Shown piece by piece: positions 20,459-29,975 of a DNA stretch of 64,000 bases. Under the pieces are notes generated by a model, which worked only from the letters and a program-made list of their open reading frames with translations, was not told where the DNA came from and did no database searches. The position numbers and the translations under genes were made by a program. This stretch comes from a virus: IMG/VR virus record IMGVR_UViG_3300005253_000004, positions 32,001 to 96,000 of that record; one strand, given 5' to 3'. Position 1 is the stretch's first letter. Each line of letters begins with the position of its first letter.

Positions 20459-20739
20459 TTTGTTACCTCCCTTTGCGGACGCGCTATCCACTTACCGTAG
20501 TCTGTGTCCCACACCCACCGTATGTTGCGCTGAGCCTGGACATCTTCCTCTCCTCTCATGATGCCGATCTCGATGTGATGCAGCAGTATCTTCGTTTCAA
20601 CAGTGCTGAGGCTGGGGATAGGGCCGAGGGTTTCGTCAACACAATCCTCAAGCCAACATTCAACTACTTGTCGGGCGATTTCCTTGTGTCTGTCGTCTCT
20701 CTTTCTTTTTATCTCTCGCCAAGGTGTGTGACCCGCCAT
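20455..20739 (-). CDS. hypothetical protein
   Basis: Start re-called at MAGHTPW (AAGGAG). Confidence 0.6.
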   Translation of the reverse strand: MAGHTPWREIKRKRDDRHKEIARQVVECWLEDCVDETLGPIPSLSTVETKILLHHIEIGIMRGEEDVQAQRNIRWVWDTDYGKWIARPQREVTK

Positions 20740-20902
20740 AATCTTTCTCCTTTTCATCGACATAAGTAATACAGTTTTTGCAAGGTTCATGACCACATGC
20801 TTTTGCTTCAACGTACACAGCACCCTCATAATGCTGCGGCCTGCTCGGGCATCGGCCCTTCCCCGGCCAGTAGTGTCTCTTGCATTCACAACAAACTGTC
20901 AT
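20660..20902 (-). CDS. small Cys-rich hypothetical protein
   Basis: Fills the gap after the 20915 gene; overlaps downstream gene. Confidence 0.45.
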   Translation of the reverse strand: MTVCCECKRHYWPGKGRCPSRPQHYEGAVYVEAKACGHEPCKNCITYVDEKEKDYGGSHTLARDKKKERRQTQGNRPTSS

Positions 20903-20914
20903 TCGCTGTCCCCG

Positions 20915-21103
20915 TCAGTCATCTTCAAGTAATACCTCAAGATACGTGACCCTGTCTTTAAGTGCCCCGATCTGCTGGACAAAGAACCAACATGTATCAC
21001 AGTACGGCCCAAGAGCAGGGGTTTCCCATGTACTGTAGTGGAAGTCGTCTCCGTTTTCTACTACGATCTTCCTATTGCATACATTACAGAATAGCATCCT
21101 CAT
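20915..21103 (-). CDS. small zinc-finger protein
   Basis: CNVC..CDTC. Confidence 0.65.
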   Translation of the reverse strand: MRMLFCNVCNRKIVVENGDDFHYSTWETPALGPYCDTCWFFVQQIGALKDRVTYLEVLLEDD

Positions 21104-21939
21104 AGTAACTCCTTCAGCTCTTCCTTCGTGTAGTCATCCGGCTGTCCTTTGATGTGGATGACCTTACTCTGTACGCCTAGCTCCTTCAGCTTGCGCTGTG
21201 CCTTCTGTGAGGCGTACTCAGTCCCTTGATCCCACAAGAAGGTGACATGGTTGATGCGGCTGTGTACGATCTTGTTAATAACAGTATCAGACAAATGAGA
21301 TCCGAACGTCGCAGTGGCATGAATGTCACGGAGCCACATGGAGACGAAGGAGTTTTCCACCAGCACAATATCACCCCACAACCTGCACTCTTCGAAGCCT
21401 AAAAGGTAATGGGTGATGGGGTGCCCACTGGCATAACGATAAGGCTTCTCACCTGCCTTGAACCAATCCTCAGGCGGGTTCTCCTTACGCACCCTGCGTG
21501 AGTTGTACTGCACCAGCACCCCGCCCTCATACACAGGGACATAGAGGCGGGTATCATCCTGGTGGATCCGGAACTTTTGAATATGATCCCAGGTCACACC
21601 CCTGTAGGCTAGGGCATCTACTGCCGTGTCGAGGCGCTCGATAGGCTTCGCTGCCTTAGGTAGAGCTACCGGCCTGGAGACCACGGTATCAATGACAGGA
21701 GTGACAGTAAAGCCTATGTGGTCAGGTGAGTACCCCACCTTGTCGATCAGCTTATCGAGGGGCCACGTCTCCCTGCACGAGGCACTATGGCAGTACCCAA
21801 CCTGTTTCTTCACATTGAAGTAACATGAGGGGTGCCCGCACTCAGGGCAGTCGAGCTGTAGTTCAGCCCCGTTCCTTTTGTTGACGGCGAAGGCAGTCAA
21901 CATCCAGGCTGTCACATCTGCGGTGCTGTAGTCGCTCAT
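21100..21939 (-). CDS. DnaG-like primase (Zn finger plus TOPRIM, divergent)
   Basis: CPEC..CHSASC; LVEN, TFGSHLS, FLWD, QPDD. Confidence 0.8.
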   Translation of the reverse strand: MSDYSTADVTAWMLTAFAVNKRNGAELQLDCPECGHPSCYFNVKKQVGYCHSASCRETWPLDKLIDKVGYSPDHIGFTVTPVIDTVVSRPVALPKAAKPIERLDTAVDALAYRGVTWDHIQKFRIHQDDTRLYVPVYEGGVLVQYNSRRVRKENPPEDWFKAGEKPYRYASGHPITHYLLGFEECRLWGDIVLVENSFVSMWLRDIHATATFGSHLSDTVINKIVHSRINHVTFLWDQGTEYASQKAQRKLKELGVQSKVIHIKGQPDDYTKEELKELL

Positions 21940-22021
21940 AGCGTCAAGAGACCTCCGCAGAGCACACCTAGTTCTGCTATGATGATTAGGAGCGTTATCC
22001 AGATATCTTTCAATGTAATAT

Positions 22022-22231
22022 TCACATCACACCTCCCTTAGGGGTTGGAGCCCCACCCTTAAACTTGAAGCTAGTCTTTGAAATCAATCGACGACACGGA
22101 GAGCAGCACTGCACCTCGTTGTCGTCTTGATCGGTGCCCAGCTTAGGGCATACAGTCAACGCATCCTCAGTGATCCTCTGCTCGATCTCAAACTCATGAC
22201 CAGAGTCACACCTGTAGTCATAGTACGACAT
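22022..22231 (-). CDS. FmdB-family zinc-ribbon protein
   Basis: YDYRCDSGHEFEI.Q....L..CP...RRLIS...F.FKG. Confidence 0.8.
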   Translation of the reverse strand: MSYYDYRCDSGHEFEIEQRITEDALTVCPKLGTDQDDNEVQCCSPCRRLISKTSFKFKGGAPTPKGGVM

Positions 22232-22505
22232 AGTCAGTCTCCCACTCTTCCATGTTCATAGGGGTTTCCCATGCGGTCAAGAGATAAAGCGCCATGATCC
22301 CTTCAGGTGGTGAGGCTTTACACCGCTGGCACCGCTAATATTTCCAATGCACGACCGAGCACTCACCCTTCTCAGGGTCCACCTCAAGCTGAAAACCCGC
22401 AGGGCATGCATCGTGGGTGATAAAGTGGAGCATGCCAGCTTCCCGCCGGTCTTTGAAGAGCGTCCACCCTTCTATCTCGATCAGCTTCTCGTACTTGTCG
22501 CTCAT
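22218..22505 (-). pseudogene. Zn-finger family member interrupted by in-frame TAG (22335-22337)
   Basis: MSDKYEKLIEIEGWTLF..ITHDAC..HWKY*RCQRCKASPPEGIMALYLLTAW. Confidence 0.8.
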
Positions 22506-22810
22506 CATCGTTCCTTTTGGTTCACTGTCATAGCTTCGTGCGCTTCCGCCGCAGCATCTATAAGACAGTCAGGCTCAACCTCGTGCTCATCATAGAGTTC
22601 CAGCTTGTCCAGCGGATCCAGAATGTCCTTCTCCATACCCTCATACATACAGAGAGGCCGGTGCCCTGCTGCGTTGTGCTTCTGGGCAAACAAGCGCCAC
22701 TCAAGGTCGAGGCTGGCCTTCTCTTCACGCCAAGGCTCTGTCTTCCTAACGATCCACCACTTGAGCTGCTCGAAGGCCCCTTTGAATACCCTACCCCACG
22801 CTACTCTCAT
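22505..22810 (-). CDS. hypothetical protein
   Basis: GAGGAG RBS, 101 aa. Confidence 0.65.
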   Translation of the reverse strand: MRVAWGRVFKGAFEQLKWWIVRKTEPWREEKASLDLEWRLFAQKHNAAGHRPLCMYEGMEKDILDPLDKLELYDEHEVEPDCLIDAAAEAHEAMTVNQKER

Positions 22811-22830
22811 CGCTTCTCCTCTCCTCTCCT

Positions 22831-23247
22831 CTATCCGTCCAGCCTATAAAAATAGTACATCATTTCGATCTCACCCGGTATCACTTTCCCGCAGAGTTCA
22901 CATGCCCCGTGACTGAGTTGACATTCCACCGTCCCGTCTACCCAACCACTGTTCTTCACCATTCCAAACTCAAGGTGCTTGTGGGTAATGAAGGCACCGC
23001 TGACCATCCAATCATCTACGTAAACGTCTGCCTCATCTAGTTCAGTCACAAACAGCCCACCATGACCGAGGTACGCCAATGCGTCAAGGTGTGTCTGTGC
23101 TCCGAGGAAGGTGTCACCTTCCTTAGGCATGCTCAGGATCACTTCCCTGTAGTAAGTCTCCATGTCTGTATACTGGATGCCGTTCCATTCTATCCACATG
23201 GCGGCTCCTTTACCTGACCCGATGTAAGAAACAGAAGTCCCCCTCAT
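22831..23247 (-). CDS. Zn-finger family member with N-terminal extension
   Basis: DDWMV..ITHKH..CELCGKVIPGEIEMMY. Confidence 0.7.
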   Translation of the reverse strand: MRGTSVSYIGSGKGAAMWIEWNGIQYTDMETYYREVILSMPKEGDTFLGAQTHLDALAYLGHGGLFVTELDEADVYVDDWMVSGAFITHKHLEFGMVKNSGWVDGTVECQLSHGACELCGKVIPGEIEMMYYFYRLDG

Positions 23248-23717
23248 GCTGACCTCTCGCCAGGACATGAGGGGGGTGTGTATGTATGGCGCCATTGAAC
23301 CCTGTACATAGGGCTTCCCTTCAATGGAGCACTAATCTCCGGTCCTGAAGCTTGGGACGGCCGTCCCTGAGAAGCTCGCTCTTTAGACCTGACGGCTCCC
23401 AGCAGCGTACCACTGGAAGTAACTGATCCCCTGAAGTTGAGTGGATAGTTCCGTTGCCCAGAATACAATATCCCCTCAGGGGGGAGATAGCTGGAGTCAT
23501 GTACCGCAGTACAATTATTCCTATTCCCAACTATCTCAATAGAGAACCACTGTTCTTGTTGTAGTTCTTCATGTTGTTGTTGTTTATGTTGTTGTTTACC
23601 TTTTGGTGTGCCCTCTGGGCGTGTTGGTCTGATTGTTACCCTTTTCGAGCCAGGAGCGTGGATCTCCCAGTCTCTAGGCGAGGGTGCGTCCCGACGCGAA
23701 AACCTAAATGCGTTCAT
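23244..23717 (-). CDS. hypothetical protein
   Basis: GGAGG RBS downstream of promoter; low-complexity Q stretch; internal structure uncertain. Confidence 0.45.
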   Translation of the reverse strand: MNAFRFSRRDAPSPRDWEIHAPGSKRVTIRPTRPEGTPKGKQQHKQQQHEELQQEQWFSIEIVGNRNNCTAVHDSSYLPPEGILYSGQRNYPLNFRGSVTSSGTLLGAVRSKERASQGRPSQASGPEISAPLKGSPMYRVQWRHTYTPPSCPGERSA

Positions 23718-23776
23718 ATCCTACCTCCCTTTGTTTGGAGCCTCCCTCCACAGGGACTCTCCCTTTCTTCTACTAC

Positions 23777-23805
23777 ATTATAGCTTATCTTTCAAACTTT
23801 TGCAA
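23777..23805 (-). promoter_or_regulatory. conserved phage promoter copy 3
   Basis: TTGCAA AAGTTTGAAAGATAAGC TATAAT. Confidence 0.85.
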
Positions 23806-23806
23806 C

Positions 23807-25207
23807 CTACCCTTTATTAGCCTTCGCTTTCTTCTGCGCTTGCAGCTCAGCAGGGGTGTACTTCCGCTTACGTGGGCCCTCATCAACCTCGCAAGTGTCT
23901 GCTTCTACTTCGTTATTCGTGATACTCATCCTGCTAAGGTCCACCTCAAGGAACACGCTCCGCTTGGAACGCTTGGCGAACCGCTGCTTGAGGTCAACCA
24001 GCTCCATCACGATCTCTTCATCGGATAGTTCTTGTTGCCGCATCCCAATGATGCAGGCTGCCTCTTGCAGATGCTTGACCGAACCTTGTGCCATCTCCAG
24101 GCTGAGAGGATCCCTCTTCTTCGGGTCCCTCCCGAACCCTGAGCGGTTGGTCTGCGCTGCTGTCCATACTAGTATGTTGTGGCGCTTCGCAAAACGGGAG
24201 AGATCACGGCTGATCGCACCCAGCCAATCCCATACCCTATCCCTACTGTACCCGGTATCACAAGGCCGCATCCTCTCGATGAAGTCCAGCACCAGCACGT
24301 CAGGCTTCCACCCGAGTAGGTTGACCCACTTCATCATCTCGGATTCGAGATCGTCCACGCTAACCTCTCGGTTTACCTCAGTAATCCGGAGCTTTTCATG
24401 TAACCCTTCTCGCCACTTCCGCTCCAGCTCTGGTGTGTACGCCACGCCTGGGTCATCGATGATGTCTTGCACCTTGACGCCTGTGATCTTAGACAGCACA
24501 CGTTCTGTCTGCTCCTCAAGCGACAACTCATTGGTGACCAGCCATACCCTGCGCTCCTCTACTGCGGACATCTTGTGCGCCATGTTCACCAGCATGCTGG
24601 ACTTACCATCCCCCGTGGGGGCCATTATGATACCGAGCTGCTTCGTTCGCAGCCCACCCCCTGTCCACTTGTCGATGACGTGGATCCCACACGGGATACG
24701 CACTAGCTCTGGTGTGAACCCATGGCTATCAATGAGGTTGTCGATGGCCTCGCGCACATCCATCGTCCTGTCCTCGTTCAGATCCCCATGCTTAGTGAGG
24801 AATCTGTACAAAGCTTTAAGCATGTCACCACCCTCAAGCTCCGCCTGCTTCTTCAAGAAACCTTGGTCTGCGCTCAATTCTTGGAAGTCACGCACCACAC
24901 CCGTATCCCTCGCCTTACCTAGCGTGTAGAGCTGGGTGGACCGGTCAGGTATGGTTTCTGTGATGCTGTCGAGTGCAGCTTTGTACCTCAAGTCGTACGC
25001 TTCCTTGTCTTTGTCTTCGAACACCTTGTGTAGTGTGTTGATGGACGGCTGCTCTCCGTGCTTTCGGGTGAAAGCAAAAAGCTCAGCCAGGATAGGTACC
25101 AGCTCAGAGGTGTTGAGCCACGAGGGCTTGAATGATGTCGCAAACTTGCGAGCGTCCTCCGGACGTGCGGTCAAGGCATAGAGGAAGGCCTTCTCATCGA
25201 ACTTCAT
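23807..25207 (-). CDS. DnaB/gp41-like replicative helicase
   Basis: APTGDGKS, TNELS, VLDF, TAAQTNR. Confidence 0.92.
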   Translation of the reverse strand: MKFDEKAFLYALTARPEDARKFATSFKPSWLNTSELVPILAELFAFTRKHGEQPSINTLHKVFEDKDKEAYDLRYKAALDSITETIPDRSTQLYTLGKARDTGVVRDFQELSADQGFLKKQAELEGGDMLKALYRFLTKHGDLNEDRTMDVREAIDNLIDSHGFTPELVRIPCGIHVIDKWTGGGLRTKQLGIIMAPTGDGKSSMLVNMAHKMSAVEERRVWLVTNELSLEEQTERVLSKITGVKVQDIIDDPGVAYTPELERKWREGLHEKLRITEVNREVSVDDLESEMMKWVNLLGWKPDVLVLDFIERMRPCDTGYSRDRVWDWLGAISRDLSRFAKRHNILVWTAAQTNRSGFGRDPKKRDPLSLEMAQGSVKHLQEAACIIGMRQQELSDEEIVMELVDLKQRFAKRSKRSVFLEVDLSRMSITNNEVEADTCEVDEGPRKRKYTPAELQAQKKAKANKG

Positions 25208-25482
25208 ACTAGGCTCCCTGCCGCTCTAGCGTAGTACGCTTTACCTACGTCTTTCTCTGAATTAAGGAGCAGCCAAACTATTACTATGCTCTCTGGCATA
25301 GAGAGACCACACTCATTACATTTTAAGTATGCAGGATTCATTGAGTGCCGTTTCCAGCTAGCCTCGCAGGCTAGGTGTGTAATTCCTGATCCTTGTTTTT
25401 TCCAATCTGCCCAACGAGGTTCTAGTATAGCCCACTCCCCTATCCTTATCAATTCTATTACATCTTTACCATTAGCTTTCAT
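25204..25482 (-). CDS. Zn-finger family member
   Basis: IGEWAI..ITHLAC..CNECGLSMPESIVIVW. Confidence 0.75.
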   Translation of the reverse strand: MKANGKDVIELIRIGEWAILEPRWADWKKQGSGITHLACEASWKRHSMNPAYLKCNECGLSMPESIVIVWLLLNSEKDVGKAYYARAAGSLV

Positions 25483-25542
25483 GCTTCCTCCTTGTACCGG
25501 GTCAAATATTTCCCATAGTGGTACACGTTTTCATGCTCGTCA

Positions 25543-25896
25543 ATTCGAGCGAATAAACTGTTTAGGTGTAGCCTCTGCTTACGGTAGATCTTCTTCGTTG
25601 TTCCACATGTACAAGTTATGGAAGCCTACTATCTCATCTGGCTCAGAGGTTTCGCACTGGCCGCACACCCTATCGTAGTATAAGCAAAACGACCACTCTT
25701 CTTCGCTAAACCTAGAGATATCCCCACCACAGCGGTGTTGAATGACTACCCACTTACCATACTTAGGGCCGCTATCTGGCGCCGTGGCACGCACCATCCG
25801 CCAGTCACCCTTTGTAAATAGTATTTCAAATACCAGTCTGGGTTCTACTTTCATTTCTTACCTTTCGATTCGAGCGGACACACTGTTTAGGTGTAG
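25543..25896. repeat. 29-bp imperfect direct repeat (25543-25571 and 25868-25896) flanking one gene
   Basis: ATTCGAGCGAATAAACTGTTTAGGTGTAG versus ATTCGAGCGGACACACTGTTTAGGTGTAG, 26/29 identical. Confidence 0.9.
25579..25854 (-). CDS. Zn-finger family member
   Basis: KGDWRM..IQHRC..CGQCETSEPDEIVGFHNL. Confidence 0.8.
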   Translation of the reverse strand: MKVEPRLVFEILFTKGDWRMVRATAPDSGPKYGKWVVIQHRCGGDISRFSEEEWSFCLYYDRVCGQCETSEPDEIVGFHNLYMWNNEEDLP

Positions 25897-25902
25897 GTTT
25901 AA

Positions 25903-26055
25903 TTAGGATCCTCCGTCGAAGCGCGCTTGACGCTGGTACCTACCACACCTCTTGCAGTACCGTTCTTGCACGATCGCCTTCGCATTGCTATCAACCATGT
26001 CCACTACAGTTATCTTGCTCCACTTAGCCCAGTCATGCCAGATCCAACACTTCAT
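25903..26055 (-). CDS. small C..HxW..CxRC protein (50 aa)
   Basis: Manual: MKCWIWHDWAKW...QERYCKRCGRYQ. Confidence 0.6.
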   Translation of the reverse strand: MKCWIWHDWAKWSKITVVDMVDSNAKAIVQERYCKRCGRYQRQARFDGGS

Positions 26056-26057
26056 GT

Positions 26058-27311
26058 TTACCCCTTTATACACACCAAAGCCTTAAGCGTGTGCTTGATC
26101 TTCACAAGATCCTTCTGTGCTGCCATGACAGCTTCGATGTCCTTGTAGCAGCCGGGTGTCTCATCTATCACATCCTTGTCCTTGCGGCACTCGACACCTT
26201 CAGTAGCCTTGATGTGGTCCTCTACTGTGAAGGTTCGCTTGGCTTCCGACCTCGACATAACTCGGCCAGCGCCGTGACTGCAAGAGTTGAAAGATAGAGG
26301 ATTACCCAGACCTTCCACAATGTAGCTCCGAGCGCCCATAGAACCAGGGATGATACCGAGATCACCAACCCTAGCACGAACGGCGCCCTTTCTTGTGACG
26401 AATACGTTCTTCCCATAGTGGTTCTCCTTCTGTACATAGTTGTGGTGGCAGTTGATCGCCGTATCTGCTGTAGTACCCACTTTGTGGGCATCCCAGTCCG
26501 CTCGGCGTCCAATCGCCGTGTACAGAGCGATCAGTGCCTGCTCCATCATGATGGCGCGGTTGGTGAGTGCGTAGTTCTGCGCCCACCCTACCGCCTCAAC
26601 GTAATCGTCGTGGTACTCTGTACCCTCAGGCAGGTACGCCAGATCCTTATTGGGCAAGTCGATGTTCCACGTCTCACACTCACCCTGTGCCAGCTTGATG
26701 AAGTGCGTGCCGATCCGATTCCCGATACCCCTGGAGCCTGAGTGGAGCATGCACCACACGTCATCGTTCTCATCAGCGCACACCTCGATGAAGTGGTTGC
26801 CGCCTCCTAGCGTGCCTAGCTGGTACAGTGGGTCACCAAACTGTTGGATACGTGGGTACTTGCACCCTATCTTGTCGAACCCACCACTCAACTCATTGTG
26901 CCAAAGCAGGCAGGCCGAGTTGGGGATGGTGTCCCGCCACCGCCCCTTGTCGGCGAGCCCGCCGTTGTCTGTCCTGCCGTGGGGTACAGCCGCCACGATT
27001 CCGTCGTAGATCCCCCGTCGGAACTCGTACACCTCGTCCAGCTTGATGGCGGGGATGCGCTGGGCCACCATACCACACCCAATGTCCACACCTACCGCAG
27101 CGGGGATGATCGCCTTCTTCGTAGCGATGACGCTACCTACAGTGGAACCCGTGCCCCAGTGTGCATCAGGCATGACAGCCAAGTGCTTGTGAATGAAGGG
27201 GAGTTGAGCTGTTTGACGTAGCTGTATCTCAGCCTTGATGTCTAGCTCCACGCCATCCACCCATGCCTTGATCGGAACCTTCTGCTTGTTACCAGTTAGC
27301 ACTCGCATCAT
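26058..27311 (-). CDS. rtcB: RtcB RNA ligase
   Basis: MPDAH, VGVDIGCG, GTLGGGNHFIE, HSGSRG, HHNY, RKGA, PGSMG, HGAGR. Confidence 0.96.
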   Translation of the reverse strand: MMRVLTGNKQKVPIKAWVDGVELDIKAEIQLRQTAQLPFIHKHLAVMPDAHWGTGSTVGSVIATKKAIIPAAVGVDIGCGMVAQRIPAIKLDEVYEFRRGIYDGIVAAVPHGRTDNGGLADKGRWRDTIPNSACLLWHNELSGGFDKIGCKYPRIQQFGDPLYQLGTLGGGNHFIEVCADENDDVWCMLHSGSRGIGNRIGTHFIKLAQGECETWNIDLPNKDLAYLPEGTEYHDDYVEAVGWAQNYALTNRAIMMEQALIALYTAIGRRADWDAHKVGTTADTAINCHHNYVQKENHYGKNVFVTRKGAVRARVGDLGIIPGSMGARSYIVEGLGNPLSFNSCSHGAGRVMSRSEAKRTFTVEDHIKATEGVECRKDKDVIDETPGCYKDIEAVMAAQKDLVKIKHTLKALVCIKG

Positions 27312-27318
27312 ACTCTCC

Positions 27319-27585
27319 TTATACTGTATCTTCTTTGTTGTCCCACATCATTAAGTTGTGGAAGCCTATCATCTCTTTAGGCTCAAGCATCTTGCAGCAG
27401 CTACATCGCCGATTACTATGATAACAAAGTGACCACCCATTATCACTAAATAGCTTCTCTTCATATACACTTGAGTCACAACGATGTTGAACAATGAGCC
27501 ACTGCCCGTAGCCTCCCGGTCGTGTTACACGGACTAATCGAAAGTCACCTTTATCAACCAGTATGTTAAACTTGTAACTCATCAC
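27319..27585 (-). CDS. Zn-finger family member
   Basis: KGDFRL..VQHRC..CSCCKMLEPKEMIGFHNL; close paralog of 25579. Confidence 0.8.
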   Translation of the reverse strand: MMSYKFNILVDKGDFRLVRVTRPGGYGQWLIVQHRCDSSVYEEKLFSDNGWSLCYHSNRRCSCCKMLEPKEMIGFHNLMMWDNKEDTV

Positions 27586-28541
27586 ATGTCATCCCTTGAA
27601 CGCCACCCTAACCAAACCGGGAACCGAGGCTTCGCTGTCTCTCCGCTTGGCTGATGCTTGTACTTAGCGATGTACCCTATGTAGATCTGCTTGTTATTCC
27701 ACCATTCTTTGCGTTGCTTTTTCGTCACTCCCTTCATGGTGCCTATAGAGAACTCGATGCCTGTCTTGAGGTCACGACACAGCCACTTGCCGAGGTGCCC
27801 GTTGGGTACCTTGCCTGCCTTGGCGCTGGACCTCTCCGATCTACCATGAGCATTGGTTTTCTTGGGGTTGGTGTTGGTACACATCTCTTCAAACCCAATG
27901 ATCTCTGCCTCATCATCTTGGAAATGCTTGTACTTACCCATACCACCATGAGTCATAGTGCTGCGACCGTGGAGATACACATGTCCTTGCCTTGCGATGA
28001 CCCCTTCATACCCCTCGTCCACACACTTGTTCCAATACTTCATGAATCCTTCAGAATCAAAGACAAGGGTTGGTTTTACCAACTTGATGCACGCTGGCTT
28101 AGGCCTGGGCAGCTTGTCCAACTGCTTCACTCTCTGGTTATAGAAGTCAGGGTTATCATAGATATCGAACACGTAGTAGATAAAGTCAGGCTCACCCTCT
28201 ACCTTCATGATAGGACCGGAGGACTCACCGAATGTCTTGGCACCCTTGATGAACAGCTCACCATCCATGCCCTCTACCCCGTACTCTTCCAGCACCTTGC
28301 GGATGTGGAGGTTGGGGATGGGCTTGAGTTTGAAGCTCATAGGTGTCCCGTTTGGGTACGTGACACACCGGATCCCGTCAATCTTGGGGGTGCATAGCGA
28401 TGGGTACTGCACGTCTACCTTAGGGTCACGAATGGTAAACGGTTTCATAGGCCTGAAGGGGCCTTGTAGTTCTGCTTCTGTCTTGTTTACCGGCTTCCTG
28501 TACTTGGGCTTGTACTTCTTGAACGTCTTAGACTTTTTCAC
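27582..28541 (-). CDS. ATP-dependent DNA ligase
   Basis: KIDGIR, DGEL, YVFD, EGVI, PRFP. Confidence 0.92.
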   Translation of the reverse strand: MKKSKTFKKYKPKYRKPVNKTEAELQGPFRPMKPFTIRDPKVDVQYPSLCTPKIDGIRCVTYPNGTPMSFKLKPIPNLHIRKVLEEYGVEGMDGELFIKGAKTFGESSGPIMKVEGEPDFIYYVFDIYDNPDFYNQRVKQLDKLPRPKPACIKLVKPTLVFDSEGFMKYWNKCVDEGYEGVIARQGHVYLHGRSTMTHGGMGKYKHFQDDEAEIIGFEEMCTNTNPKKTNAHGRSERSSAKAGKVPNGHLGKWLCRDLKTGIEFSIGTMKGVTKKQRKEWWNNKQIYIGYIAKYKHQPSGETAKPRFPVWLGWRSRDDM

Positions 28542-28815
28542 TTTTATCTATCTCCTTCCAATTCATCATAGCCACCAGCCCTACGATTTCTTTAGGCACG
28601 GGTTTTTGACACTCCCAGCATCTATCCTCTTTATTAGGTTCCGCGTCCTGCCACTCCCAACACCAGTGAGCCTCCTCCCCATCGAATCTAAAGCCACACC
28701 CTACTATATGCTCACCATAGATTGTAGCATTATCATCATCATCCCCGCTGTGGTGGTACTTAACTACCGCCCACCCTTTTATGTCAGGCACTAAAATCTC
28801 TCTCGCAGAGCGCAT
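28528..28815 (-). CDS. Zn-finger family member
   Basis: KGWAV..EH..C..CWECQKPVPKEIVGL. Confidence 0.75.
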   Translation of the reverse strand: MRSAREILVPDIKGWAVVKYHHSGDDDDNATIYGEHIVGCGFRFDGEEAHWCWEWQDAEPNKEDRCWECQKPVPKEIVGLVAMMNWKEIDKSEKV

Positions 28816-29510
28816 CAGTCCACCACAAAGCCAGTGCTGTCACCTCTGGCACGGCCCCTTGCGAGTAGTCCTACGATGGACTCCTTAGGGTCACGGAACC
28901 TGAAGTCATGCTCCATACCACTGATTACCTTGTGACCCCAGAACTTCTCAGGGATCTCCTCTCTGAATACCACAGCCACGTTGCCGCCGTAGTAGAGGAT
29001 CCTCCCTACTTGTTGGGGTGTGGTGTGTTCATTGAAGCTGTAGGTGAGGTAGTAGTTGGGTGGGAAGCTGTTCTCGTTGAGATACTTGAACATCCTCTTG
29101 CGCCCCTTGGTGTAGTCGTAGAACTGGATGTTGGGGAGGGCTTCCATGTCGATGTAATCTTCCCATTGGATGTCACTTGTACCATTCAGCCTAGCTACTG
29201 GGGTGTACCCCTTCTTGATAGCCCGTGCCTCAAGGTTGATGAGTTCCCCAACCAACCTGTCTGTGTACCCTTGCCTATCCTTGAAGAACTCTCGCGTCTT
29301 GCGGATGCGCGCAGCTTGCACCATACGCATGGCGCCCCGGCCAGCGGTGTATAGGCAAGACTCACGGCACCCTGGTGTTGAGTGTGGGCACATGGTGTGC
29401 TTTCCATCAGCCACCTTGTCGGGCGCGAGGTACTGTATCACTGCTTCGTAGCCGAACTCGTCTAGCATCTTCACTGTCTTAGCGTTTGATCTACTGTTGC
29501 TGAGTAGCAT
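28815..29510 (-). CDS. gp88-like phage protein (Cys cluster)
   Basis: CPHSTPGCRESCL.AGRG, RLNGTSDI.W, FYDYTK. Confidence 0.75.
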   Translation of the reverse strand: MLLSNSRSNAKTVKMLDEFGYEAVIQYLAPDKVADGKHTMCPHSTPGCRESCLYTAGRGAMRMVQAARIRKTREFFKDRQGYTDRLVGELINLEARAIKKGYTPVARLNGTSDIQWEDYIDMEALPNIQFYDYTKGRKRMFKYLNENSFPPNYYLTYSFNEHTTPQQVGRILYYGGNVAVVFREEIPEKFWGHKVISGMEHDFRFRDPKESIVGLLARGRARGDSTGFVVD

Positions 29511-29519
29511 TGGCTGCTC

Positions 29520-29975
29520 CTATATGACGTGCTTCCAAGTTTTGCGTTGTTTGATACGTCCTATTACACCGTGACTCACTCTATAATCTTTGGCCATTAC
29601 ACGCTGCGATCTAGGATCACAGCGGATAGCCTTTACTTGTGTTTCGGTGAGTTTTGCTCTCCCACTTCGAATTCCACGCGCTGGCCGACGACGCCCTTTA
29701 TTTACCATGTCTGTCATGTTGTCAGCTTGTGTTCCTAAGAACAGATGTGAGGGTCTCACGCAAGGTGGGTTGTCGCAGGTATGTAAGACACACAGCCCTT
29801 CAGGAATATCATAGCTCATTGCGTAAGATACACGGTGAGCCTGATGTTTTCGATCCTTAAGCCAAAACGTACCATACCCATTAGGATTATAGTAAGCCTG
29901 CCATTCCCAGCATCCTGATCCTTTTTGTACCTTGTTCCAGAATCTTTTCCAATCTTTAGTCCCTCTCTTTAACAT
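29520..29975 (-). CDS. HNH homing endonuclease
   Basis: CWEW..GYG..AHRVS..VLHTCDNPPCVRPSHL..N..D. Confidence 0.9.
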   Translation of the reverse strand: MLKRGTKDWKRFWNKVQKGSGCWEWQAYYNPNGYGTFWLKDRKHQAHRVSYAMSYDIPEGLCVLHTCDNPPCVRPSHLFLGTQADNMTDMVNKGRRRPARGIRSGRAKLTETQVKAIRCDPRSQRVMAKDYRVSHGVIGRIKQRKTWKHVI

